From Prochlorococcus sp. MIT 0801 (GTDB taxonomy: Bacteria > Cyanobacteriota > Cyanobacteriia > PCC-6307 > Cyanobiaceae), in contig NZ_CP007754.1 in NCBI RefSeq assembly GCF_000757865.1, positions 720,001 through 752,000 of the forward strand: a stretch of DNA of 32,000 nt, written 5' to 3'. The notes beneath the pieces are model-generated. The model was not told the origin of the DNA. It saw only the letters and a list, made by a program, of their open reading frames with translations, and ran no database searches. The position numbers were made by a program, and so were the translations under genes. How positions within the stretch are numbered: the stretch's first letter is position 1; the number at the start of each line of letters is the position of its first letter. Below, piece by piece: positions 16,922 through 26,437 of the stretch.

Positions 16922-17444
16922 CAAAATTTTCTCTAGCTATTAATCTTTTATCTTTAAACCAATCCACGATAATCTTCCTAGATTCTTCTTCCATTATTCC
17001 TCTTTCAATCAACATGTTGTGATGAGCACTTTTATGTTCCGCTAGATTAATAGTTCCACCTAGCGCGCCTCTCTTTGGATCTTCAGAACCATAGATAATC
17101 TTCCCCATCCTTGCTTGTATTAATGCGCCTGCGCACATGGGACATGGCTCTAAATTTACTATCAAAGTACAGTCATTAAATCTCCAATCATTTTTAATCC
17201 AAGAAGCTTGGCGAAGAGCTACTAACTCAGCATGACCTAAAGGATCTTTCATTGATTCTCTCCTGTTCCCCCCATAGCCAATACACCTACCTTTTTTGTC
17301 GAGAATAACTGCAGCAATAGGAACCTCACCTCTTTCTCCTACAAGTCTTGCTTTCGTTAGCAATCTTGTCATCCACTCTATTTTTTCTTTTTGATTGAGA
17401 TCGATTGTTTTTGACAATTTTTTAGATGTTTGGTGAACTATCAA
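16914..17444 (-). CDS. tadA: tRNA-specific adenosine deaminase (CDA-fold)
   Basis: Zinc motifs HAELVALRQA and PCPMCAGAL, preceded by GEVPIAAVIL. TTG start. The 3' end overlaps the convergent aminotransferase by 8 nt. Confidence 0.85.
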   Translation of the reverse strand: MIVHQTSKKLSKTIDLNQKEKIEWMTRLLTKARLVGERGEVPIAAVILDKKGRCIGYGGNRRESMKDPLGHAELVALRQASWIKNDWRFNDCTLIVNLEPCPMCAGALIQARMGKIIYGSEDPKRGALGGTINLAEHKSAHHNMLIERGIMEEESRKIIVDWFKDKRLIARENFVI

Positions 17445-17523
17445 ATAAAATGTTTATCTAGAGATTAATCATTTTTTGGTTTGAACTGGATCATCCAATA
17501 CTACAAATAGAGTTTTATTTTCT

Positions 17524-18894
17524 TTGAATCCTTTCGCATCCCCTCAAAACTTAGATAAAGAACTGCGTTCTTTACTTGCTCAGGCCTCAAGTAATCTTTG
17601 TGATTGGTTTGCTGAATCAGCCAGCGAAGGTCCAATGCCCGATTCATTTGAATTGCCAGTGGTCTATCCCGCAAAAGAAGGTGTTTCTAATGAAGTTTTA
17701 CTGAGCGAACTCCAATCACTAATGGATGGTTCCTATCGACCATCGCATCCAGGATCTCTTGCACATTTGGATCCACCTCCTCTATCAGCTTCAATAGTAG
17801 GAGAACTAATTTGTGCAGGTTTAAATAATAATCTTTTAGCCGATGAGTTATCCCCTAGCTTGTCTTCCTTGGAAAGAAACCTATGTAAATGGTTTTGTCA
17901 GAAACTAGGTCTTGGTGATTTGTCTGGAGGCGTAGCCGCTAGCGGTGGGAGTTTGAGTAATTTAATGGCTTTGGTAATGGCAAGAAATATTTCTGGTCTA
18001 GAAACTGATCCTAAGGCTGTTTTTTTTGCAAGTCATGATTGTCATGTTTCATTCTCAAAAGCTTTTAGAATTATGGGGCTTAACCAGCAATCTCTACAAA
18101 AAGTTTCTACAGATGAAAATGGTGCATTAAAAATTTCTAGTTTACGAACAAGTTTAAATAAAATTAAATCTCAGGGGAAGAAATGCTTTGCTGTCGTTGC
18201 GACAGCTGGAACTACTGTAAGAGGCGCTATTGATCCACTTTCTGAGATCGCTAAATTTTGTAAAAAAGAGAATGTTTGGCTTCATGTTGATGGTGCAATT
18301 GGTGGCATTTATGGTTTATCAGAAATGACTTCAGAAATTGTTCAAGGATTAGGTTTCGCTGATTCTTTAACTATAAATCCACAGAAATTATTGGGAATCC
18401 CAAAAACTTCTTCTTTATTACTCGTAGCCAATAAAAAGCATCTTTCTTCTACATTTTCAACCGGACTCCCTTATGCCGAGCCAATTACAGGGGATGATTT
18501 TCATGGAGGAGAACTTGGAATTCAAGGTACTAGATCCGCCGAGTCATTGAAATTGTGGATTGGATTAAGACAATTAGGTGAAGAGGGTATTGAAAAAATA
18601 CTTTTGAGCTCAATTAAAAGAAGATGTTATTTAGAATCAATAATTGATCAATCAAAATTTAAAATAATATCAGGTCCTCTTCATCTTTTAGCTTTTACAC
18701 CTATTAATTATAGTTCTTCTCAAGCATCCGATTGGTCTATAAAAACAAGAAACTCTTTGTTAGCTAATAAGTTTATGCTTTCTAGACCAATGTATGGAGA
18801 TAGATATTATTTAAAAGCTGTTATGGGAAACCCAAATACTAAATTTGAAGATTTACAAATGTTAGCTAATCTGATTAATCAGTCAATTAGTTGA
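17524..18894 (+). CDS. Group II PLP-dependent decarboxylase-family protein
   Basis: 456 aa with SGGSLSNLMAL, HVDGAIGG and the lysine block SLTINPQKLLG. Note QK rather than the usual HK. TTG start per the track. Confidence 0.8.
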   Translation: MNPFASPQNLDKELRSLLAQASSNLCDWFAESASEGPMPDSFELPVVYPAKEGVSNEVLLSELQSLMDGSYRPSHPGSLAHLDPPPLSASIVGELICAGLNNNLLADELSPSLSSLERNLCKWFCQKLGLGDLSGGVAASGGSLSNLMALVMARNISGLETDPKAVFFASHDCHVSFSKAFRIMGLNQQSLQKVSTDENGALKISSLRTSLNKIKSQGKKCFAVVATAGTTVRGAIDPLSEIAKFCKKENVWLHVDGAIGGIYGLSEMTSEIVQGLGFADSLTINPQKLLGIPKTSSLLLVANKKHLSSTFSTGLPYAEPITGDDFHGGELGIQGTRSAESLKLWIGLRQLGEEGIEKILLSSIKRRCYLESIIDQSKFKIISGPLHLLAFTPINYSSSQASDWSIKTRNSLLANKFMLSRPMYGDRYYLKAVMGNPNTKFEDLQMLANLINQSIS

Positions 18895-18901
18895 TTTTAA
18901 T

Positions 18902-19093
18902 ATGAATAAGGATTTTTTTAATAAAAAAAATATATTGGCTTTAATAACAGCTTTAATATCAATTTTTGTTGGCCTAATTTATTTAGCATTAGTTTTTGCT
19001 TTAGATTTTAGAGGTCCGATGAGTCCCCCTCCTTCGGAGGCCTTGATCTCGGTGGTAGCTTTTTCAAATTCTTTTCAACTAGCGGATCAATAA
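18902..19093 (+). CDS. Candidate small membrane protein (63 aa); its 3' part overlaps the convergent GTPase gene
   Basis: ATG start 7 nt after the decarboxylase stop, with a good TM segment ILALITALISIFVGLIYLALVFAL. The last ~29 codons are antisense to the GTPase C-terminus, so the true extent is doubtful. Confidence 0.35.
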   Translation: MNKDFFNKKNILALITALISIFVGLIYLALVFALDFRGPMSPPPSEALISVVAFSNSFQLADQ

Positions 19094-20561
19094 CTCTTTC
19101 ATAAGCCCTACGAATAAAACTTTTAAAATATTCGTCCCTTTTGTTTAAGTTGTAATGATATTCAACAACTTCTTGTATTCCTCCATCTCCCCAGTCTTGA
19201 TCTTGTTGGAAATAAGTAATGAAACTTGCTCCTGCAATCCTGGTAAGCCAAGATACACTAATACCTTGAATTACTTTACTAATAACTAATGTTGGTAGTG
19301 ATAAACTTAATGTTGAACTTATTAAAGAAACTCCACCTTTAACTAAACCCATAGTTGCAAGTATTTTTCCTACCGAAAGTGCTAAATTCTTTGCCCTTTC
19401 ATTTGTAAGTTCTACACCATGTATTTTAGCTATTTCTATTACCATTTGTGCATTTACAGCCGCTGCAGCAATCATATCTAAGACAGGAAGAGGAGTAAGT
19501 ATTAATACACCACTGCTGAGCCACCCATAATTATCTATACATTTTTTGGCTGATTGAGTTCTTTGTTTGATTAATAACTTTTTTCCTTCTTTTCCAATAT
19601 TGCTGCACTGAAGTAATATATTATCTGCAATTAATTCTTCACCTTCTTCATGTAGGATATTTGCTAATCTTCTAATTAAACTGTTGATTTCAGGGGCTGG
19701 CTGATAGGGCTTTTTACCAGCGACAGCAATTGTCTGAGGTGAGGCTGATGTACAAATAATGTCATTAGGATTAATAAAATCATTACATCTAGAATTTAGT
19801 ATTTCAATTAATCTTTTTTCTTCACTTTCTCCTCTTAAATCTATTTTATTTAAAACGAGTAAAAGTCTTTTCCCTGATTTTGACAAACTCCTAATTATTC
19901 TTGTTTCTTCAGAACGTAAATCACCTTCAATTACTACTAACATTAAATCAGATTTACTTGCCTCTATTAAGGCACTCTTTTCCCTTTCTCTACCCCCTAT
20001 GCCAGCTTCTAGTATACCGGGGGTATCAATTATTTTTATCCCCCTTGTAAGTCCTTTAAGCTTTAGCCGGAAGGTTTCTTTCTCTGTCGTTGAACCCATT
20101 TCAGGACTAACTTTACCTACTATTTTTTTTAATAGAGCTCTTATTAATGATGTTTTACCGCTTGAGCCAATTCCAAAAACTACTAAAATAATATCTCCTC
20201 TATCTAACTCTAATGAAACTCTATCCTTTTCATCCTTTAAGGCCTTGGCCTTGACTTTATCATTGATTAATGTGATTAAATAATCAATACTTTTTAATGA
20301 TTTATCTGCGGCTTCTTTTTTGCTAATTAACTTTAAATCTAATGATTCCTTCTCTTTCTTTATTTTAAATATTGATCTTAGACTGTTTTGCAACCAATCT
20401 ATTTTTTTCGAATAACTTAAACCAACTATTATTAATACTGTAATTAATATGGCAGGTATATTTATTAATCTAATTATTGCTCCAACCAAACCTATAATTA
20501 TCAAGCTAATTAATATTATCAATATATATAATATTATTTTTCTTGAGTTAAGGATTTTCAT
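19008..20561 (-). CDS. Membrane-anchored GTPase with a C-terminal DUF697-like hydrophobic domain
   Basis: N-terminal TM region, then G1 GIGSSGKTS, G3 DTPG and G4 NKID. The C-terminal region carries hydrophobic segments. Confidence 0.8.
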   Translation of the reverse strand: MKILNSRKIILYILIILISLIIIGLVGAIIRLINIPAILITVLIIVGLSYSKKIDWLQNSLRSIFKIKKEKESLDLKLISKKEAADKSLKSIDYLITLINDKVKAKALKDEKDRVSLELDRGDIILVVFGIGSSGKTSLIRALLKKIVGKVSPEMGSTTEKETFRLKLKGLTRGIKIIDTPGILEAGIGGREREKSALIEASKSDLMLVVIEGDLRSEETRIIRSLSKSGKRLLLVLNKIDLRGESEEKRLIEILNSRCNDFINPNDIICTSASPQTIAVAGKKPYQPAPEINSLIRRLANILHEEGEELIADNILLQCSNIGKEGKKLLIKQRTQSAKKCIDNYGWLSSGVLILTPLPVLDMIAAAAVNAQMVIEIAKIHGVELTNERAKNLALSVGKILATMGLVKGGVSLISSTLSLSLPTLVISKVIQGISVSWLTRIAGASFITYFQQDQDWGDGGIQEVVEYHYNLNKRDEYFKSFIRRAYERVIDPLVEKNLKKLPPRSRPPKEGDSSDL

Positions 20562-20579
20562 TTGATAATTACCATTCGA

Positions 20580-21062
20580 TTAATACTTTAATTGCGACTT
20601 ATCTTTAGTTTTAATTATATCGATTGTAAAACAAATTAAAGCAATGTTTATTGATATATCTGCTACATTAAAAATAGGAAAATTAATTGGAACTAGATCT
20701 AGAAAATCTAGAACATAACCTTTGAACAATCTATCAATTCCGTTACCTAAAGTACCACCTAAAAGATAGGCAAGTCCTATCAAATTCCATTTAGATCTTG
20801 GTGGAAATCTTAATATAACGGTGATTAATAATAATGAGGCCAGAATGCTTATAATAGTAAGAAGGCTTGTGGAATTGCTTAGAAGACTAAATGCAGCACC
20901 GCTGTTTCTTACTAGGGTGAGATTTAAAAGATTAGGAATAATGTTTTGAGATCTTTGAAACCCTAATGTATTTAATACTAAAAACTTAGTAACTTGATCT
21001 AATAAAACAATATAAAAAGAATAAGAGATGATCTTAATACTTTTCCTGTTAAATGAAGTCAT
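20580..21062 (-). CDS. lspA: Lipoprotein signal peptidase II
   Basis: LDQVTKFLV, NSGAAFS, GNGIDRL and FNVADISI. I prefer the start at the internal ATG 21062, which forms an ATGA overlap with the bioY-like stop (plus strand 21059-21062 = TCAT). Confidence 0.85.
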   Translation of the reverse strand: MTSFNRKSIKIISYSFYIVLLDQVTKFLVLNTLGFQRSQNIIPNLLNLTLVRNSGAAFSLLSNSTSLLTIISILASLLLITVILRFPPRSKWNLIGLAYLLGGTLGNGIDRLFKGYVLDFLDLVPINFPIFNVADISINIALICFTIDIIKTKDKSQLKY

Positions 21063-21631
21063 TTTATTATTAAGACTCTTCTTAAGAATATAGATAATAG
21101 ACTTATTGATATGCATAGTAATAGTTGAGTTGGCAAAGGTATAAAAGTATTTATTAAAATAAGATCAGATAAATTCTCTAACCACTTCCCAAATACTTTC
21201 CCAATAATTAGATAAATAATTCCTATGATATGCACAGCACATAATGACGTGGCAGTATAGAGTGAATAATTAATTAAATTAGCTTTGGTCTCTTTTTTAG
21301 CTAAGAAACCACATATCCATGCCGCTGGAATAAATCCTAATAAGTACCCAAATTCATGAGTTAAGATATAACCAACACTACCCCCTCCATGAAAAACAGG
21401 CAAATAGAATAAACCTATAATCAGATAGGAAATTGCAGAAATTGTTCCTATTTGGGGTCCGCAAACGAGTGAAGTCAAAAGGACTCCTTGGATTTGCCAA
21501 TTGCTATGTAGTGGGGTAATTGAGAGAGATAGGTCTTCTTGAGGGGAAATTATTGATGATGGTATCATTGAGCATATTATGATTAGCATTACGCCTGTTA
21601 TTGCTTGAGTCCAACTTGTAAATTTGTGCAA
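21059..21631 (-). CDS. bioY: BioY-family (biotin ECF S-component-like) membrane protein
   Basis: The core LLTSLVCGPQIGTISAISYLIIGLFYLPVFHGGGSVGYILTHEFGYLLGFIPAAWICGF parallels the BioY consensus (LLGPxxG...GLPVFAGGxGGxGYLLGPTGGYLxGF). Confidence 0.7.
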   Translation of the reverse strand: MHKFTSWTQAITGVMLIIICSMIPSSIISPQEDLSLSITPLHSNWQIQGVLLTSLVCGPQIGTISAISYLIIGLFYLPVFHGGGSVGYILTHEFGYLLGFIPAAWICGFLAKKETKANLINYSLYTATSLCAVHIIGIIYLIIGKVFGKWLENLSDLILINTFIPLPTQLLLCISISLLSIFLRRVLIIK

Positions 21632-21712
21632 TTAATTTAATTAGCTGATCTCACTTATTATTTACAAATTGATTGATATGTCAATATTATTATCTAGAAC
21701 TATTTATTCATA

Positions 21713-21934
21713 ATGAAATTTTCAGTTGGAGAAAAAGTATCCTTACAAGTTCCTTTGCCATATTTGAAGACATCCGATGCTATATCAATGCTCAGACCCC
21801 CAGATCTAGTATCTCTTGATGAAGTTGGGGTGATTGTTGGAATAAGAGCAAATGACTTATTAGAAGTAAAATTTAGAAGGGGTAATTTCTTGATTCCTTC
21901 TGAAAGACTTAAGATTGTGGCTATGGATGACTGA
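21713..21934 (+). CDS. Small conserved cyanobacterial/plastid-lineage protein (DUF3148-like, from memory)
   Basis: 73 aa with PYLKTSDAISMLRPPDLV and a FRRGNFLI tail. This resembles the YLKTAxPMPMLRPPDL pattern I associate with that family. Confidence 0.55.
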   Translation: MKFSVGEKVSLQVPLPYLKTSDAISMLRPPDLVSLDEVGVIVGIRANDLLEVKFRRGNFLIPSERLKIVAMDD

Positions 21935-21953
21935 TAAGAAAAATGTGACTTGA

Positions 21954-23201
21954 TTAAACTTTCCAGTCTTTAACGATTTTTCGAATAACTTCTTTGTTAC
22001 TACATACGCTTAGAAATGGGTTCTTTAAATATCTATTTGCTGCATCCTTGATTTCTTTACTAGTTATACTTTCGAGTCTTTTCAGAATTTCTTTATCGTG
22101 ATCCTTTGTTAGCCCAATTCCTAAAAGATGGGCTTTGTGCTCAGCTCTTTGACTAATACTCTGCAAAGAATGAGCCATTTGACCTCGATATTTCATTTTT
22201 ACAAGATATAATTCTTCAGGAGAGATTTCACAATTGATAATTTTTTCCCAACACTCTTTTAGTAATTGAAGAGTAATGTTTCCTTTCTCTTCACTTGTAG
22301 AAGCGTGCATAATAAATGGTGTTTGACTCTCTCTAATAGGATGATAAACCCCTGCTTCATAAACTACTCCATACTTTTCTCTGAGGACCTTAAATAATAA
22401 ACTTGACATTCCATAACCTAAGTAACATGATAATAATCTAAGCAAAATATCAGATTTATTATCATATCTAATTGTTGCCTTACCAAGTAGCAGAATGACT
22501 TGTTTAGTATTTAATGAATGTGTGCAAATACTTCTTTTTTGTTTAAGTAGACGTTCGGTTTTGTTTACATTGTTAATTGTTTTCTTTTGCTTGTTAATAT
22601 TTTTACTAATCCCCATAAATTCAATTGAATTTTCTATATATTTATCTAAGTTAATTGGAAACTTTCCTGAAATTACCAAGTTCTTTTTTCTATGAATTAA
22701 TGAGCTTGCGATTGGCAATATATGTTCTTTATTAATTTTCTTTATATCATTAATCGATCCTAGTGGGTCATGTCCATAAGGTCCATCTCCATATATCATC
22801 TTTCTCCAGGCATCAAAAGCTAGTTGATATGTACTCTCTTTTTGTCTTTTAATGGCTTTTATTGTTAGATCTTTTTCTAAGTCAAACTGATCTACTTGAA
22901 GTAAAGGTTTTGTAATCATCCATCCAATTAAAGGGAAAAGTGTATACGCATCATTTTCGACACATTTAAGACTTATTAAAATACCATCTTCGTATGTATC
23001 ACAGTTTAAACTTGCACCACAACTTTCTACAATTTCAGCGATCTGCTTATTATTGTATGGTCCACAACCTCTAAGCATTGTTGAGCTTAATAGTTGATGA
23101 ATTCCTTTTTTATCTTTTGGATCATTCCTACTCCCGTCTTCTATCCATAGTTTGGCAGACATTATATTTTTGCTATTAAGTTTGTCTAGAATTATGTTCA
23201 T
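21954..23201 (-). CDS. M16-family peptidase homologue lacking the zinc motif (non-catalytic partner)
   Basis: Collinear with its neighbour, but the HxxEH position reads HQLLS. It starts 2 nt after the upstream M16 gene ends. Confidence 0.8.
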   Translation of the reverse strand: MNIILDKLNSKNIMSAKLWIEDGSRNDPKDKKGIHQLLSSTMLRGCGPYNNKQIAEIVESCGASLNCDTYEDGILISLKCVENDAYTLFPLIGWMITKPLLQVDQFDLEKDLTIKAIKRQKESTYQLAFDAWRKMIYGDGPYGHDPLGSINDIKKINKEHILPIASSLIHRKKNLVISGKFPINLDKYIENSIEFMGISKNINKQKKTINNVNKTERLLKQKRSICTHSLNTKQVILLLGKATIRYDNKSDILLRLLSCYLGYGMSSLLFKVLREKYGVVYEAGVYHPIRESQTPFIMHASTSEEKGNITLQLLKECWEKIINCEISPEELYLVKMKYRGQMAHSLQSISQRAEHKAHLLGIGLTKDHDKEILKRLESITSKEIKDAANRYLKNPFLSVCSNKEVIRKIVKDWKV

Positions 23202-23203
23202 AT

Positions 23204-24433
23204 TTATTTCTCAGGTTCAGCAATTAATGTAAAAGAATTTTCTGGATTGAATAATGGAAATATTAATTCATTTAATCGAACCGTTGTCCAATATGAAATA
23301 TCATCTATTGTTTTTTGTATTGAGTTGTGTCGCCCCCATAGAGCTTGATTCCCTAATGTTGAGGCAATCTGAGAACTCAACTCTAATCCAAAATAAATAT
23401 TGTTTAAGACTAATTTTTTTGCACGTTCCAAATCTTTTTTAGTAACTAAATCTCTAGTTAACTCTTTGAGAATGTTATTGACTTCACTTTCGACAATTTT
23501 AAGGTTCTCTTCTGGACAACTGACATCTAGAAGAATTAATCCACCCTCTTCAAGGATTTGTAAATCTATATCTATTGATTCAATAATACGTTTTTCTTCT
23601 CTTAAGTCCTTAACAATGAGACTGCTTTTGCCTTCGCATAACATTGTGGCAACTATTTCTGCTCCTAAAATTAAAAGCTGCTCTTTTGCTGGTGGAAGTT
23701 TCCAGGCTTTCAATATTCTCCCTCCCTCAAGCCTTGGAATAGTCTCTTTTTTATAACCTTTATTAAATGTTGAGTTACTTATAGCGCTCTCCTTTGAGAT
23801 TGTTTTTAATTCCTTAAGTTTACTATTGTTGATTATTGAATGAATTTCTTTAGGCAAATCTCCTGCTATAGATAGTGTACAATTTTTACCTACATAATGA
23901 CTTTTGTGGAATAGTTTTAGTTGTTTTGCATTCATATTTTTAACAGTATTTTTATCACCCAGTATTGGCTTCGAATATCTATGTGGTGTTAAACATTCCT
24001 TTAATAATTTCATATAAATAATTTCATCTGGCTGATCAATATTCTGTGCGATTTCCTCTAAAACTACTTCTTTCTCCATTTCAAAGGCATCTTCTTCAAT
24101 TTTAGGAAACAATAATAATTCTAATATCAAATTTAGTCCTTCTTCTATTTTTTCTGGGGGTACTAGAACGTGATAGTGAACATCGTCTAACCCAGTTGCT
24201 GCATTACTACTTCCACCAAGAGATTCAATTTTTAAATCGAATTCACCTTCTTTAAGGTTTTTACTCCCTTTAAATATCATATGCTCTAAGAAATGTGCAA
24301 TCCCTTCTTCATCTTTCATTTCACTAAGACTTCCTCCTTTGCACCAAAAGTCAATACAAGTCAACTTTGATTCTTCAATATCAGCTACAACACATGTAGC
24401 ACCATTAGGTAATGACCAATGTTTTACTTTCAT
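23204..24433 (-). CDS. M16-family (pitrilysin-like) zinc peptidase, catalytic subunit
   Basis: The inverted zinc motif HFLEHMIFKG (HxxEH) is present. 409 aa. Confidence 0.85.
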   Translation of the reverse strand: MKVKHWSLPNGATCVVADIEESKLTCIDFWCKGGSLSEMKDEEGIAHFLEHMIFKGSKNLKEGEFDLKIESLGGSSNAATGLDDVHYHVLVPPEKIEEGLNLILELLLFPKIEEDAFEMEKEVVLEEIAQNIDQPDEIIYMKLLKECLTPHRYSKPILGDKNTVKNMNAKQLKLFHKSHYVGKNCTLSIAGDLPKEIHSIINNSKLKELKTISKESAISNSTFNKGYKKETIPRLEGGRILKAWKLPPAKEQLLILGAEIVATMLCEGKSSLIVKDLREEKRIIESIDIDLQILEEGGLILLDVSCPEENLKIVESEVNNILKELTRDLVTKKDLERAKKLVLNNIYFGLELSSQIASTLGNQALWGRHNSIQKTIDDISYWTTVRLNELIFPLFNPENSFTLIAEPEK

Positions 24434-24800
24434 TCTAAATATCTTAAAGCACGCTAAATATTTATGCTATATTAATATATGGTAATAAGATTTTGAACTT
24501 TATAATCATTATATTTTAAATTTCTTTAATTGTAAAAGATTGATTTCATATTCATTTGATTTTAATATCTATTATTTATTTCATATTTAATTATCCTTTT
24601 TTACTTGTTTTCTTCTATGTATTTTATTCTTTTTCTAGATTCAACATTTGACCCCTCTGTGAGTATTTACTTGCCTTTCTTAAAAAATCTCTTATTTAGT
24701 TCTTTTAGCCTTAATAATCATATAATATTGTGTAAGTATATTTATAAGTAAACAGTTGCTATGAATCTAACCCAAACCCTTTTAGCTTGAGTTCTAAGTT

Positions 24801-25526
24801 TTGGAGTCAGTTTTTTGCATTCAAAGTGAATTGAATCCTCTTTTGCTTGAGGCTTTCAAACTTATCAAGAATAGAATCAATTCGTTGACTGATTTACAAC
24901 CACTATACATTGATCCAAATTATAGCAAGATTTACCGCAACCTAAATAAAGAGGAATTATTTATTATTAACGAATTTTATCGAGCAAAAGGATTTAGGAA
25001 AATTCATTTAGAAGTTGCAAAGCTTGGAAAATCATTGCAAATACTCCATTGTGTCTTTTTCCCGGACCCTTGCTATGAACTTCCCATATTTGGTGCAGAT
25101 TTGGTAGTTAATTCAAATAATATTTCCGCCGGAATTGTTGATTTGTCACCTGTAGGTAAACATTTGCCTGTTTCTCTGATTTCTCAAATGAGATCATTAA
25201 AAGTCCCTAAATTTGCTGAACCTGGGAGGCTACCAGAATGGGGATTCATCTTTTCTCCGTATGTATGCTTTATTCGTCCAGTTGATCTCCTCGAAGAAAA
25301 ATTATTTCTAAAACTCACTGATCAATATTTGTCACTAATATTGTCCTTATTGGTTAAGGTAAGAGTAGACCAAATTAATTCGTTGGATAGTATAAAAAGA
25401 CTTAAATATCAAAAACGATACTGCCTAAATCAAAAACGTAATGATAAAACCAGAGGAATTCTAACTAAATTCTTTGGCTCGTCTTGGGCTGACGAATACA
25501 TAAATAAAATACTTTTTGAATGTTAG
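24801..25526 (+). CDS. pcyA: Phycocyanobilin:ferredoxin oxidoreductase
   Basis: FRKIHLEVAKLGKSLQILHCVFFPDPCYELPIFGADLV...ISAGIVDLSPV matches the PcyA core (RKLHLELA..LDILHCVMFP.P.YDLPMFGCDLV...ISAAIADLSP). TTG start, so the exact start is uncertain. Confidence 0.85.
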   Translation: MESVFCIQSELNPLLLEAFKLIKNRINSLTDLQPLYIDPNYSKIYRNLNKEELFIINEFYRAKGFRKIHLEVAKLGKSLQILHCVFFPDPCYELPIFGADLVVNSNNISAGIVDLSPVGKHLPVSLISQMRSLKVPKFAEPGRLPEWGFIFSPYVCFIRPVDLLEEKLFLKLTDQYLSLILSLLVKVRVDQINSLDSIKRLKYQKRYCLNQKRNDKTRGILTKFFGSSWADEYINKILFEC

Positions 25527-26437
25527 TGATGTTTAAATATTTATCTTTGAGATTTTTATTTCTTCTATGCACAACACCTTTTTGCGTGCTCTTAATTAGT
25601 GGATGTGATAATAAAGATTTAGAAGTAAATCAAATTCTCAAGGAGATTGAAGTAGTTGATAGGGTAGAGGGAGTAGCGGCTTTGGGCCAGTTGAATCCAG
25701 TTGGCGAAGTAAGAAAATTAGCAGCTCCAAATAGTGGAAAGGGTGGTACTCCAAGATTATCTAAATTATTAATTCGAGAAGGTGACTCTATTCTCAAGGA
25801 TCAAATATTAGCTGTTTTTGATAATCGTCCTAAGCTTGAAGCTAATTTAAAATCTGCGCAAGCTAATTTAAATATATTAATAAGTGAAATCAGTATAAAA
25901 AAAAGAGAAATTAATAGATATCAAACTCTTGTTGAGAAAGGAGCAGTGGCGGAAATTGTTTTAGACAAGATGAAAGATGATTTGTTTATTTCTGAGACTA
26001 GGATTTTAAAGCTTAAATCTGCTATCGATGCAATTAACGTTGATTTAGAACAAACACAATTAAAAAGTCCAATTGATGGGATTGTTTTGCAAATTTTAGT
26101 TCGTGAGGGAGAGAGACCAAATTCGTCTGGTGTAATTAATGTTGGCGCTAACAAATTGATGGAAGCGCTTATTGAAGTATATGAATCCGATATAGATAGA
26201 GTTCAAATGGGTCAAGCTGTTGATTTGATTAGTGAGAATGGAGGATTTAATGGGTCTTTAAGTGGTCAAGTGACTTTGATTAGCCCACAAGTCAGGCAAA
26301 GGAGAGTGCTTTCAACCGATCCAACTGGCGATGCTGACTCAAGGGTTGTTGAGGTTAGAGTAAGGCTTGATAATTCATCAGCTAAAAAGGTTTCTCAACT
26401 AACTGGAATGAAAGTTATTGCTCGTTTTCAGCCGTAG
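25520..26437 (+). CDS. devB: DevB-family membrane-fusion (HlyD-like) lipoprotein of an ABC exporter
   Basis: Signal peptide with lipobox LLISGC, a coiled-coil middle and a beta-barrel C-terminus. The ATG at 25520 overlaps the pcyA stop by 7 nt; an alternative ATG lies at 25529. Confidence 0.8.
   Translation: MLVMFKYLSLRFLFLLCTTPFCVLLISGCDNKDLEVNQILKEIEVVDRVEGVAALGQLNPVGEVRKLAAPNSGKGGTPRLSKLLIREGDSILKDQILAVFDNRPKLEANLKSAQANLNILISEISIKKREINRYQTLVEKGAVAEIVLDKMKDDLFISETRILKLKSAIDAINVDLEQTQLKSPIDGIVLQILVREGERPNSSGVINVGANKLMEALIEVYESDIDRVQMGQAVDLISENGGFNGSLSGQVTLISPQVRQRRVLSTDPTGDADSRVVEVRVRLDNSSAKKVSQLTGMKVIARFQP

Noticed and set aside
21063-21116. Longer lspA start at 21116 overlapping the bioY-like gene by 58 nt
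   Set aside because: The internal ATG at 21062 gives a typical LspA length and a classic ATGA stop/start overlap. The 18 extra residues are not LspA-like.
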